52,824 nt of DNA from positions 1 to 52,824 of the forward strand of contig NIVC01003462.1 of NCBI GenBank assembly GCA_002269645.1, given 5' to 3'. Every line of letters starts with the position of its first letter. Position 1 is the first letter of the stretch. The notes under the pieces are model-generated. The model saw only the letters and a program-made list of their open reading frames with translations, searched no databases and had not been told where the DNA came from. The stretch is from Macrostomum lignano. Its lineage: Eukaryota. Positions 38,566 through 49,959 of this stretch are shown here, one piece after another. The position numbers and the translations under genes were made by a program.

Positions 38566-41500
38566 TCCTCCCAGTCATTGTGTTTATTGACACTTTGTCC
38601 CAGTCATTGTGTTTATGGACACTTTGTCCCAGTCATTGTGTTTATGGACACTTTGTCCCAGTCATTGTGCCCATGGACACTTTGTCCCAGTCATTGTGTT
38701 TATGGACACTTTGTCCCAGTCATTGTGCCCATGGACACTTTGTCCCAGTCATTGTGTTTATGGACACTTTGTCCCAGTCATTGTGTTTATGGACACTTTG
38801 TCCCAGTCATTGTGTTTATGGACACTTTGTCCCAGTCATTGTGTTTATGGACACTTTGTCCCAGTCATTGTGTTTATGGACACTTTGTCCCAGTCATTGT
38901 GTTTATGGACACTTTGTCCCAGTCATTGTGTTTATGGACACTTTGTCCCAGTCATTGTGTTTATGGACACTTTGTCCCAGTCATTGTGTTTATGGACACT
39001 TTGTCCCAGTCATTGTGCCCATTGACACTTTGTCCCAGTCATTGTGCCCATTGACACTTTGTCCCAGTCATTGTGTTTATGGACACTTTGTCCCAGTCAT
39101 TGTGTTTATGGACACTTTGTCCCAGTCATTGTGCCCATTGACACTTTGTCCCAGTCATTGTGTTTATGGACACTTTGTCCCAGTCATTGTGTTTATGGAC
39201 ACTTTGTCCCAGTCATTGTGTTTATGGACACTTTGTCCCAGTCATTGTGTTTATGGACACTTTGTCCCAGTCATTGTGTTTATGGACACTTTGTCCCAGT
39301 CATTGTGTTTATGGACACTTTGTCCCAGTCATTGTGTTTATGGACACTTTGTCCCAGTCATTGTGTTTATGGACACTTTGTCCCAGTCATTGTGTTTATG
39401 GACACTTTGTCCCAGTCATTGTGCCCATTGACACTTTGTCCCAGTCATTGTGTTTATGGACACTTTGTCCCAGTCATTGTGTTTATGGACACTTTGTCCC
39501 AGTCATTGTGTTTATGGACACTTTGTCCCAGTCATTGTGTTTATGGACACTTTGTCCCAGTCATTGTGTTTATGGACACTTTGTCCCAATCATTGTGTTT
39601 ATGGACACTTTGTCCCAGTCATTGTGTTTATGGACACTTTGTCCCAGTCATTGTGTTTATGGACACTTTGTCCCAGTCATTGTGTTTATGGACACTTTGT
39701 CCCAGTCATTGTGTTTATGGACACTTTGTCCCAGTCATTGTGCCCATTGACACTTTGTCCCAGTCATTGTGTTTATGGACACTTTGTCCCAGTCATTGTG
39801 TTTATGGACACTTTGTCCCAGTCATTGTGCCATTGACACTTTGTCCCAGTCATTGTGTTTATGGACACTTTGTCCCAGTCATTGTGTTTATGGACACTTT
39901 GTCCCAGTCATTGTGTTTATGGACACTTTGTCCCAGTCATTGTGTTTATGGACACTTTGTCCCAGTCATTGTGTTTATGGACACTTTGTCCCAGTCATTG
40001 TGCCATTGACACTTTGTCCCAGTCATTGTGTTTATGGACACTTTGTCCCAGTCATTGTGTTTATGGACACTTTGTCCCAGTCATTGTGTTTATGGACACT
40101 TTGTCCCAGTCATTGTGTTTATGGACACTTTGTCCCAGTCATTGTGTTTATGGACACTTTGTCCCAATCATTGTGTTTATGGACACTTTGTCCCAGTCAT
40201 TGTGTTTATGGACACTTTGTCCCAGTCATTGTGTTTATGGACACTTTGTCCCAGTCATTGTGTTTATGGACACTTTGTCCCAGTCATTGTGTTTATGGAC
40301 ACTTTGTCCCAGTCATTGTGCCCATTGACACTTTGTCCCAGTCATTGTGTTTATGGACACTTTGTCCCAGTCATTGTGTTTATGGACACTTTGTCCCAGT
40401 CATTGTGCCCATTGACACTTTGTCCCAGTCATTGTGTTTATGGACACTTTGTCCCAGTCATTGTGTTTATGGACACTTTGTCCCAGTCATTGTGTTTATG
40501 GACACTTTGTCCCAGTCATTGTGTTTATGGACACTTTGTCCCAATCATTGTGTTTATGGACACTTTGTCCCAGTCATTGTGTTTATGGACACTTTGTCCC
40601 AATCATTGTGTTTATGGACACTTTGTCCCAATCATTGTGTTTATGGACACTTTGTCCCAGTCATTGTGTTTATGGACACTTTGTCCCAGTCATTGTGTTT
40701 ATGGACACTTTGTCCCAGTCATTGTGTTTATGGACACTTTGTCCCAGTCATTGTGCCCATGGACACTTTGTCCCAGTCATTGTGTTTATGGACACTTTGT
40801 CCCAGTCATTGTGCCCATGGACACTTTGTCCCAGTCATTGTGTTTATGGACACTTTGTCCCAGTCATTGTGTTTATGGACACTTTGTCCCAGTCATTGTG
40901 TTTATGGACACTTTGTCCCAGTCATTGTGTTTATGGACACTTTGTCCCAGTCATTGTGTTTATGGACACTTTGTCCCAGTCATTGTGTTTATGGACACTT
41001 TGTCCCAGTCATTGTGTTTATGGACACTTTGTCCCAGTCATTGTGTTTATGGACACTTTGTCCCAGTCATTGTGTTTATGGACACTTTGTCCCAGTCATT
41101 GTGCCCATTGACACTTTGTCCCAGTCATTGTGCCCATTGACACTTTGTCCCAGTCATTGTGTTTATGGACACTTTGTCCCAGTCATTGTGTTTATGGACA
41201 CTTTGTCCCAGTCATTGTGCCCATTGACACTTTGTCCCAGTCATTGTGTTTATGGACACTTTGTCCCAGTCATTGTGTTTATGGACACTTTGTCCCAGTC
41301 ATTGTGTTTATGGACACTTTGTCCCAGTCATTGTGTTTATGGACACTTTGTCCCAGTCATTGTGTTTATGGACACTTTGTCCCAGTCATTGTGTTTATGG
41401 ACACTTTGTCCCAGTCATTGTGTTTATGGACACTTTGTCCCAGTCATTGTGTTTATGGACACTTTGTCCCAGTCATTGTGCCCATTGACACTTTGTCCCA

Positions 41501-43940
41501 GTCATTGTGTTTATGGACACTTTGTCCCAGTCATTGTGTTTATGGACACTTTGTCCCAGTCATTGTGCCCATTGACACTTTGTCCCAGTCATTGTGTTTA
41601 TGGACACTTTGTCCCAGTCATTGTGTTTATGGACACTTTGTCCCAGTCATTGTGTTTATGGACACTTTGTCCCAGTCATTGTGTTTATGGACACTTTGTC
41701 CCAGTCATTGTGTTTATGGACACTTTGTCCCAGTCATTGTGCCCATTGACACTTTGTCCCAGTCATTGTGTTTATGGACACTTTGTCCCAGTCATTGTGT
41801 TTATGGACACTTTGTCCCAGTCATTGTGTTTATGGACACTTTGTCCCAGTCATTGTGTTTATGGACACTTTGTCCCAGTCATTGTGTTTATGGACACTTT
41901 GTCCCAATCATTGTGTTTATGGACACTTTGTCCCAGTCATTGTGTTTATGGACACTTTGTCCCAGTCATTGTGTTTATGGACACTTTGTCCCAGTCATTG
42001 TGTTTATGGACACTTTGTCCCAGTCATTGTGTTTATGGACACTTTGTCCCAGTCATTGTGCCCATTGACACTTTGTCCCAGTCATTGTGTTTATGGACAC
42101 TTTGTCCCAGTCATTGTGTTTATGGACACTTTGTCCCAGTCATTGTGCCATTGACACTTTGTCCCAGTCATTGTGTTTATGGACACTTTGTCCCAGTCAT
42201 TGTGTTTATGGACACTTTGTCCCAGTCATTGTGTTTATGGACACTTTGTCCCAGTCATTGTGTTTATGGACACTTTGTCCCAATCATTGTGTTTATGGAC
42301 ACTTTGTCCCAGTCATTGTGTTTATGGACACTTTGTCCCAATCATTGTGTTTATGGACACTTTGTCCCAATCATTGTGTTTATGGACACTTTGTCCCAGT
42401 CATTGTGTTTATGGACACTTTGTCCCAGTCATTGTGTTTATGGACACTTTGTCCCAGTCATTGTGTTTATGGACACTTTGTCCCAGTCATTGTGCCATTG
42501 ACACTTTGTCCCAGTCATTGTGTTTATGGACACTTTGTCCCAGTCATTGTGATTATGGACACTTTGTCCCAGTCATTGTGCCCATTGACACTTTGTCCCA
42601 GTCATTGTGTTTATGGACACTTTGTCCCAGTCATTGTGTTTATGGACACTTTGTCCCAGTCATTGTGTTTATGGACACTTTGTCCCAGTCATTGTGTTTA
42701 TGGACACTTTGTCCCAATCATTGTGTTTATGGACACTTTGTCCCAGTCATTGTGTTTATGGACACTTTGTCCCAGTCATTGTGTTTATGGACACTTTGTC
42801 CCAGTCATTGTGTTTATGGACACTTTGTCCCAGTCATTGTGTTTATGGACACTTTGTCCCAGTCATTGTGCCCATTGACACTTTGTCCCAGTCATTGTGT
42901 TTATGGACACTTTGTCCCAGTCATTGTGTTTATGGACACTTTGTCCCAGTCATTGTGCCCATTGACACTTTGTCCCAGTCATTGTGTTTATGGACACTTT
43001 GTCCCAGTCATTGTGTTTATGGACACTTTGTCCCAGTCATTGTGTTTATGGACACTTTGTCCCAGTCATTGTGTTTATGGACACTTTGTCCCAATCATTG
43101 TGTTTATGGACACTTTGTCCCAGTCATTGTGTTTATGGACACTTTGTCCCAATCATTGTGTTTATGGACACTTTGTCCCAATCATTGTGTTTATGGACAC
43201 TTTGTCCCAGTCATTGTGTTTATGGACACTTTGTCCCAATCATTGTGTTTATGGACACTTTGTCCCAATCATTGTGTTTATGGACACTTTGTCCCAGTCA
43301 TTGTGTTTATGGACATTTTGTCCCAGTCATTGTGTTTATGGACACTTTGTCCCAGTCATTGTGTTTATGGACACTTTGTCCCAGTCATTGTGTTTATGGA
43401 CACTTTGTCCCAGTCATTGTGTTTATGGACACTTTGTCCCAGTCATTGTGTTTATGGACACTTTGTCCCAGTCATTGTGTTTATGGACACTGTCCCAGTC
43501 ATGGTGTCTATGGACACTTTGTCCCAGTCTTTGTGTTTATGGACACTTTGTCCCAGTCATTGTGTTTATGGACACTGTCCCAGTCATTGTGTTTATGGAC
43601 ATTTTGTCCCAGTCATTGTGTTTATGGACACTTTGTCCCAGTCATTGTGTTTATGGACACTGTCCCAGTCATGGTGTCTATGGACACTTTGTCCCAGTCA
43701 TTGTGTTTATGGACACTTTGTCCCAGTCATTGTGTTTATGGACACTGTCCCAGTCATTGTGTTTATGGACATTTTGTCCCAGTCATTGTGTTTATGGACA
43801 CTTTGTCCCAGTCATTGTGTTTATGGACATTGTCTTAATCTGCGTGTCTATGGATATTTTGTCCTAATCATTGTCTATGGACACTGTCCCAGTCATAGTG
43901 TCTATGGACACTTTGTCCCAGTCTTTGTGTCTGTATGGAC
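38566..43940. repeat. 29-bp satellite (TTGTCCCAGTCATTGTGTTTATGGACACT), ~185 copies, 5.4 kb
   Basis: Direct reading; variants GCCCATTG, GCCCATGG, GCCATTG (28 bp) and CCAATC; degenerates after ~43480. Source of all the 29-aa periodic ORFs. Confidence 0.99.
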
Positions 43941-45069
43941 ATTTTGTCCCCTGCCATTCTGATTTATAGATTTTCTTTTGAATATAGTCTGTAGCGAATT
44001 TGTCCAGAGCCGCTCATCACACAGAGCTCATGCTCATTGGTACAGCGCACAGCTGACAGCGCATGCTCTTGAAGAAATCATTCCTTACATCTCCCCACCC
44101 AGGCATGCAGGCAGAACAAACAAAAGAAGAACTTTTATATTGACGTCAGCCAAATCTGTTCCACTTCAACTGTCCAACAGGGCTAGACAGAATTTTTTCA
44201 ACGGGCTCTGATGTCTATTTCGTTTTGAAAAAATGTTTCCCAACAGTCTGTGGGAGCCTAAATGGCAGCGCGGGACGCCAGCCAAAACCAAGGTGGATTC
44301 GACCAGATGCTGGTGGGATCGAGTGGAAGAGAGGCTATGGGAGAAGCAGGAGACAAAGGGCTGCCACTTCAAGGTCCACAGCAGCTGACCTGTCCATCAC
44401 AGCGGGATCCTCCCGGCTCTCAGAATCGAAGCCCATGCGAAAAACATTTTTCCCGACTATACCCGGGGTGGGTTTGGGGTTTAGGGGATTGGGGATCAAA
44501 GGCGCCGCGCCGACAAGCAATGAGAGATCAGCAGCGGGCAGGCAGACCGGCTGCAGTGCTGCAGGGGTAGCCGTGTTGCTAAACACTGCATCTTCTACCC
44601 CAGCAGCCGGCATTCCTGCCAGCCAAGCCGCACGCACACTGCGGGAAGGTGTCATGAGCGGAAAGTTTGCTTTCACTCTTTTTCTTGTGTCTGCTGCTTT
44701 TGCCCCAAGATCCCCCCGAAGCCATGGCTCAACCCAGAGAGGGGGTGGCGGTGGTTAGCCCCCACCTCTGACTAACGCGACAGCGCCGGGCTAGAAGGAG
44801 AAGCAAACAAAAATGCGATGCAATCCAGCGAATGTTTAGACTGGGCGCTGGGAGGATCAATCAAGAGTTTCAACTTGGCGTTTAAATCCTTCCCGCATGG
44901 CGACTGCTAAAAGCCTGCGTGCGTGCAGCTGTGGGTATTGATATTGGCTTGACAAGAGTGAAGAGTTGCTATGCTGCTGATGGGGGAGCCGCGAGTCAGT
45001 GCTGTTGAAAATTTGAGTTGCTTTTTAAATGCAATTTGATTTGCTTAGACTGTCTCTGTTGTGAGTTTG

Positions 45070-45525
45070 GTAAACCCGGACACTAGTCTAATTAACCAGG
45101 ATACGAGTCCGATAAATCCGGACACGAGTCTAAGAAAACGGGACACAAGTCTTAGAAACCCGGACACGAGTCTTACAAGCCTGGACACGAATATAGTAGA
45201 TCCGAACAAGAGGCTTAGAATCACGGACAAAAGTCCAATAAAGAGGCTTAGATCCGGACACAAGTCTTAGAATCACGGACAAGAGTCCAATAAAACCCGG
45301 ACACGAATCTAGTAGATCCGGACACGAGTCTTAGAATCACGGACAAGAGTCCAATAAAACCTGGACACGAATCTAGTAGACCCGGACACGAGTCTTAGAA
45401 TCACGGACAAGAGTCCAATAAAACCTGGACACGAATCTAGTAGACCCGGACACGAGTCTTAGAATCACGGACAAGAGTCCAATAAAACCTGGACACGAAT
45501 CTAGTAGACCCGGACACGAGTCCAA
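45070..45525. repeat. ~21-bp monomers (core GGACACGAGTC) organised into a 64-bp higher-order repeat at 45270-45520
   Basis: ACACGAATCT recurs at 45301, 45365 and 45429 (period 64). Confidence 0.9.
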
Positions 45526-46354
45526 TGCGAGCAGCATGGCTTTAATTTAGTAAATAGGCACAGGAGGCACAGGAGAACATGAAAAGGACACTACGTCCAT
45601 GCTACTAGAACGCCGCATTGAGAGTCAATGTCGGACACAGCCCAATCGAGCATGAGTCATCCAAAAGGCGCTGGGTCAACTCCATCACTGACGCATTGGT
45701 TCTCCTGTACGGGGCCACTGCTAATCCATGCGCGATGCCAGTGCCGCGCGCAGAGCATTAACTGCGCGCAGGCGTATATGCGCGTATATATATACAGTGT
45801 ATATATACCGTATATGGAGCTCCCAGCCTCCCTGCTTCATCCGACAATCAGCCGGCTGCTTGTTTCTTTGCTGGGGTCGGGGCTCGCTCCTCATGAGCCC
45901 CGATCAATCATGGTGACTAAACGCCCCCCGCCCCAGTCCTTAATTCCTCTGTCACAAGTCGGCCCCTGCTGCCCAAAAAGATTCCCCTCCAACGGGAGCG
46001 ACTGTAGGGATCTCGGGTTGATGGGATCAGCGGGCTAAGACTGGGAGAAGGCCAGGGTAGATATTGGCTTCCTGATAGGGATTAATGGACTCAATTTCTA
46101 GCCAGATTCGACCCCCCGGGCGGGGTGAGTAACAGCGATCAGGATCGGAAAAAAAGGAGCAACAGGAGAAATCGCATTGCTGCAACACAGGCAATTTCAG
46201 ATAAAAAATTCTCATTAGAAATGATTTCGTCTGCGTTCTTTGAATAATTGGCTCGGCCAAATCAGCTGCTTTGAGTAGTGCGAATTTGGTCGATTTGATC
46301 AGTTCAAAGCAGCTTGCTAGGGTTGGGAAATGCGGTCACTGAAATCACTAGTGA

Positions 46355-47333
46355 TTTCCGATTCTAGACTGAGTGAGGGTCATGACCGATTCTAGACTGA
46401 GTGAGGGTCATGACCGATTCTAGACTGAGTGAGGGTCATGACCGATTCTAGACTGAGTGAGGGTCATGACCGATTCTAGACTGAGTGAGGGTCATGACCG
46501 ATTCTAGACTGAGGTCATGACCGATTCTAGACTGGGTGAGGGTCATGACCGATTCTAGACTGGGTGAGGGTCATGACCGATTCTAGACTGAGTGAGGGTC
46601 ATGACCGATTCTAGACTGAGTGAGGGTCATGACCGATTCTAGACTGAGTGAGGGTCATGACCGATTCTAGACTGAGGGTCATGACCGATTCTAGACTGGG
46701 TGAGGGTCATGACCGATTCTAGACTGGGTGAGGGTCATGACCGATTCTAGACTGAGTGAGGGTCATGACCGATTCTAGACTGAGTGAGGGTCATGACCGA
46801 TTCTAGACTGAGTGAGGGTCATGACCGATTCTAGACTGAGTGAGGGTCATGACCGATTCTAGACTGAGGGTCATGACCGATTCTAGACTGGTTGAGGGTC
46901 ATGACCGATTCTAGACTGAGGGTCATGACCGATTCTAGACTGGGTGAGGGTCATGACCGATTCTAGACTGAGTGAGGGTCATGACCGATTCTAGACTGAG
47001 TGAGGGTCATGACCGATTCTAGACTGAGGGTCATGACCGATTCTAGACTGGGTGAGGGTCATGACCGATTCTAGACTGGGTGAGGGTCATGACCGATTCT
47101 AGACTGAGTGAGGGTCATGACCGATTCTAGACTGAGTGAGGGTCATGACCGATTCTAGACTGAGTGAGGGTCATGACCGATTCTAGACTGAGTGAGGGTC
47201 ATGACCGATTCTAGACTGAGTGAGGGTCATGACCGATTCTAGACTGGGTGAGGGTCATGACCGATTCTAGACTGGGTGAGGGTCATGACCGATTCTAGAC
47301 TGGGTGAGGGTCATGACCGATTCTAGACTGGGT
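46355..47333. repeat. 28-bp minisatellite (GACCGATTCTAGACTGAGTGAGGGTCAT) with shorter deletion variants, ~36 copies
   Basis: Direct tandem units. Confidence 0.97.
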
Positions 47334-47819
47334 AATTTTAGAGACTGGGTGAGGGCCATGATCTGAATGATCTGATAAAAAACTTCTTGGTATTCTCAAT
47401 CAGTCAGACTAATTTAACAACGTCGAAGCATTCTCATAGCGGGTGGCAGTTACGCAACACAAGCCTTGCCCTCACAAAAGGGCGGATTCAACAGGAGCAT
47501 ATCTGCAAGACAGGCGCCCAATGCAAAATTCATAATTGCGCATGCAAAAGGATGCAGTGCTCAGCTGAGCTTGGTGCTGGGGTATTTATCTCAGAGAAGC
47601 GCCTTGGGACGGGGCAGTGCCGGAGATAAGCTATAGCGGCGGAGTGACTCACCAACAGCAGCCAATTCTCTGTCACGCCGGCCATCAATCTCATGGGGTC
47701 GCGGCTGAGATGACGCATTCCATCATCATCCACTTGCAGTGTAGCAACGGTCAGCCTTATCGGAAAATCATTTTTTATTCATTTTAAAGCCACAAACCAA
47801 TTCAAGTGCTTGTGATCAG

Positions 47820-48160
47820 ATTCCAGATCCCGCCGGCGTCTTTACGAAATCCAAGGTCCCGCTGGTGTCTTTTTTCAGATCCCAGGTCCCGCTGATAGCT
47901 TCCCGACCAGATCCCAGGTCCCGCTGATAGCTTCCCGACCAGATCCCAGGTCCCGCTGATAGCTTCCCCACCAGATCCCAGGTCCCGCTGATAGCTTCCC
48001 CACCAGATCCCAGGTCCCGCTGATAGCTTCCCCACCAGATCCCAGATCCCGCTGATAGCTTCCCCACCAGATCCCAGGCCTCGCTGATAGCTTCCCCACC
48101 AGATCCCAGGCCTCGCTGATAGCTTCCCACCAGATCCAGGCCTCGCTGATAGCTTCCCCA
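47820..48160. repeat. 32-bp minisatellite (AGATCCCAGGTCCCGCTGATAGCTTCCCCACC), block 1
   Basis: Direct tandem units. Confidence 0.92.
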
Positions 48161-48397
48161 CTGTTGTGTATTGCATTGTGTATCGATGTATCGGGTGATT
48201 TGGTTTTACTGAGAGCTCAATCCATCCATTCAATAATGCTAAATTGCTTCATTTATGCGCACTGGCTTTGTGTACGTTCTACAATGTACATCGCTCGCTT
48301 AGTTAAATATATAAGTCGGGGCTGGGCCAGTTTGAGCCCTAAGAGTTTTTTGACTAGCCTTACTAGCCTTTGACTAGACTCTTGTCAATAATCTAAC

Positions 48398-48724
48398 ACC
48401 CACCAGATCCCAGATCCCGCTGATAGCTTCCCCACCAGATCCCAGATCCCGCTGATAGCTTCCCCACCAGATCCCAGGCCTCGTTGATAGCTTCCCCACC
48501 AGATCCCAGGCCCCGCTGATAGCTTCCCCAGGTCAAGCTGATAGCTTCCCCAGATCCCGCTGATAACTTCCCCAGATCCCGCTGATAGCTCCCCAGATCC
48601 CGCTGATAACTTCCCCAGATCCGCTGATAACTTCCCCAGATCCCGCTGATAGCTTCCCAGATCCCGCTGATAACTTCCCCAGATCCCGCTGATAGCTTCC
48701 CCACCAGATCCCAGGTCCCGCTGA
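48398..48724. repeat. Same 32-bp family, block 2, including shortened ~22-23-bp variants
   Basis: Shares CCAGATCCCGCTGATAGCTTCCCC with block 1; separated from it by ~235 bp of unique sequence. Confidence 0.92.
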
Positions 48725-49959
48725 CCAAAAATCAGTGAAAACAAATGCTAAAAGAGCAATGCAATTAGTTTCAATTTTTACATATCTAGTCCTAATTTAT
48801 ATCACTGAAAAACAAAGTTGATAGACTGGAAATCAATAGACAGCGGATGATTATAGGATGGAGATGATCAAAAAATAGATTTAGTAACAGATTGTGTAGA
48901 AAAACTCGTAGAAAAACTCGCTGTAGGAGAAATCATTACCAACACTTTCAATTTGATTGTTATTTTCTAATAAATAGAGTCCAAATCCAGCTACTTATCA
49001 GTAGCATTTTGCACAAATCAATAAAGCCCATTAGCGGTTTCGAGTGAATTGAAGCACAATGATTTCCTATAGCTTAAAATTTGCTCAGCAGAGCAGGGTA
49101 AGGAAAGGCAAAGTGGCGCAGGAATCACAGACAAATGATAGAACTGCGTGTATAAGCAGACAGCAGGTTTATAATAATAGATCTGACAGCCATAACTAGC
49201 CGACTTGAAGTCAACAAAGGAGCTCCTTATGTACAGAAAATCTATAAAATCTATGATTAGTGAGCCAGGTCGGGCGTTGGCACAGGAATCAAGTGTGTCG
49301 CGTATACTAAGTGCACAATAAATTATGTTAATTAGGCTAGTAGCAGTATGCTGGACAGAATGGTGTTAGAAAAAATCGGTGATTACAACGCCACTACTAT
49401 GTACTACTAACGCCGCTGAGAGTAAGTAGTATTGCAAGGATTTACTTACTAAGAAAATACTGCTTCTGCTACGTAGGAGCTGACAAAGAGAAATACTGCA
49501 ATTAATAAGGCTTGGAGAGTCAGGGCTTGTGTACACCCTGTGTGAGGGTGGGGCCTGAGTACATATCCGTGTGCGTGTTGGTGCTCAGGGATCTGCGGCA
49601 GTGCTCGAAGCTCCCGTGCGACTAGACAGGGAGCACTGGAAATGTCAGCGAAAGCGACACACCCGGTGAAAACGTTACCCGTGACAACAATCGCTAAATA
49701 GTGATTGCAGACAATAAAACGTTTGAAATTGACTCTCAGGCGACTCTTTGACGACTTTATGGCGGGCGACTTGTACCGTGACGTCTCGTCGTTCTAGATT
49801 CTCTATCTAAGAGTCACTTCTTTCCTATTTGGGGCGACGCAAGTGACTCTGGTGGGTCGTTTCTTAGCCTCCGTTTTCATCGGGACTACGTAAAGGTGGA
49901 GAACGTGAGGTTGACGATATGCATAAACTAACAAAGATCGGACACTAGTCAATGAAAAT

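Noticed and set aside
38511-43962. Very long ORFs (up to 910 aa) with 29-aa periodicity
   Set aside because: The same peptide appears in all three frames because a 29-bp unit lacks stops on this strand; this is satellite DNA, not a repeat protein.
44225-44758. 177-aa ORF
   Set aside because: Low-complexity G/A/S/R composition, near-cognate start and no motif; treated as GC-rich non-coding until there is expression evidence.
38566-47333. 28-29-bp partly palindromic repeats resembling CRISPR direct repeats
   Set aside because: Units are head to tail with no unique spacers, there are no cas genes, and the context is eukaryotic.
49520-49700. Possible further TRAPPC10-like exon on the minus strand (SPGVSLSLTFPVLP...LPQI)
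   Set aside because: Similarity is weak and needs several frameshifts, so it is left out of the gene model.
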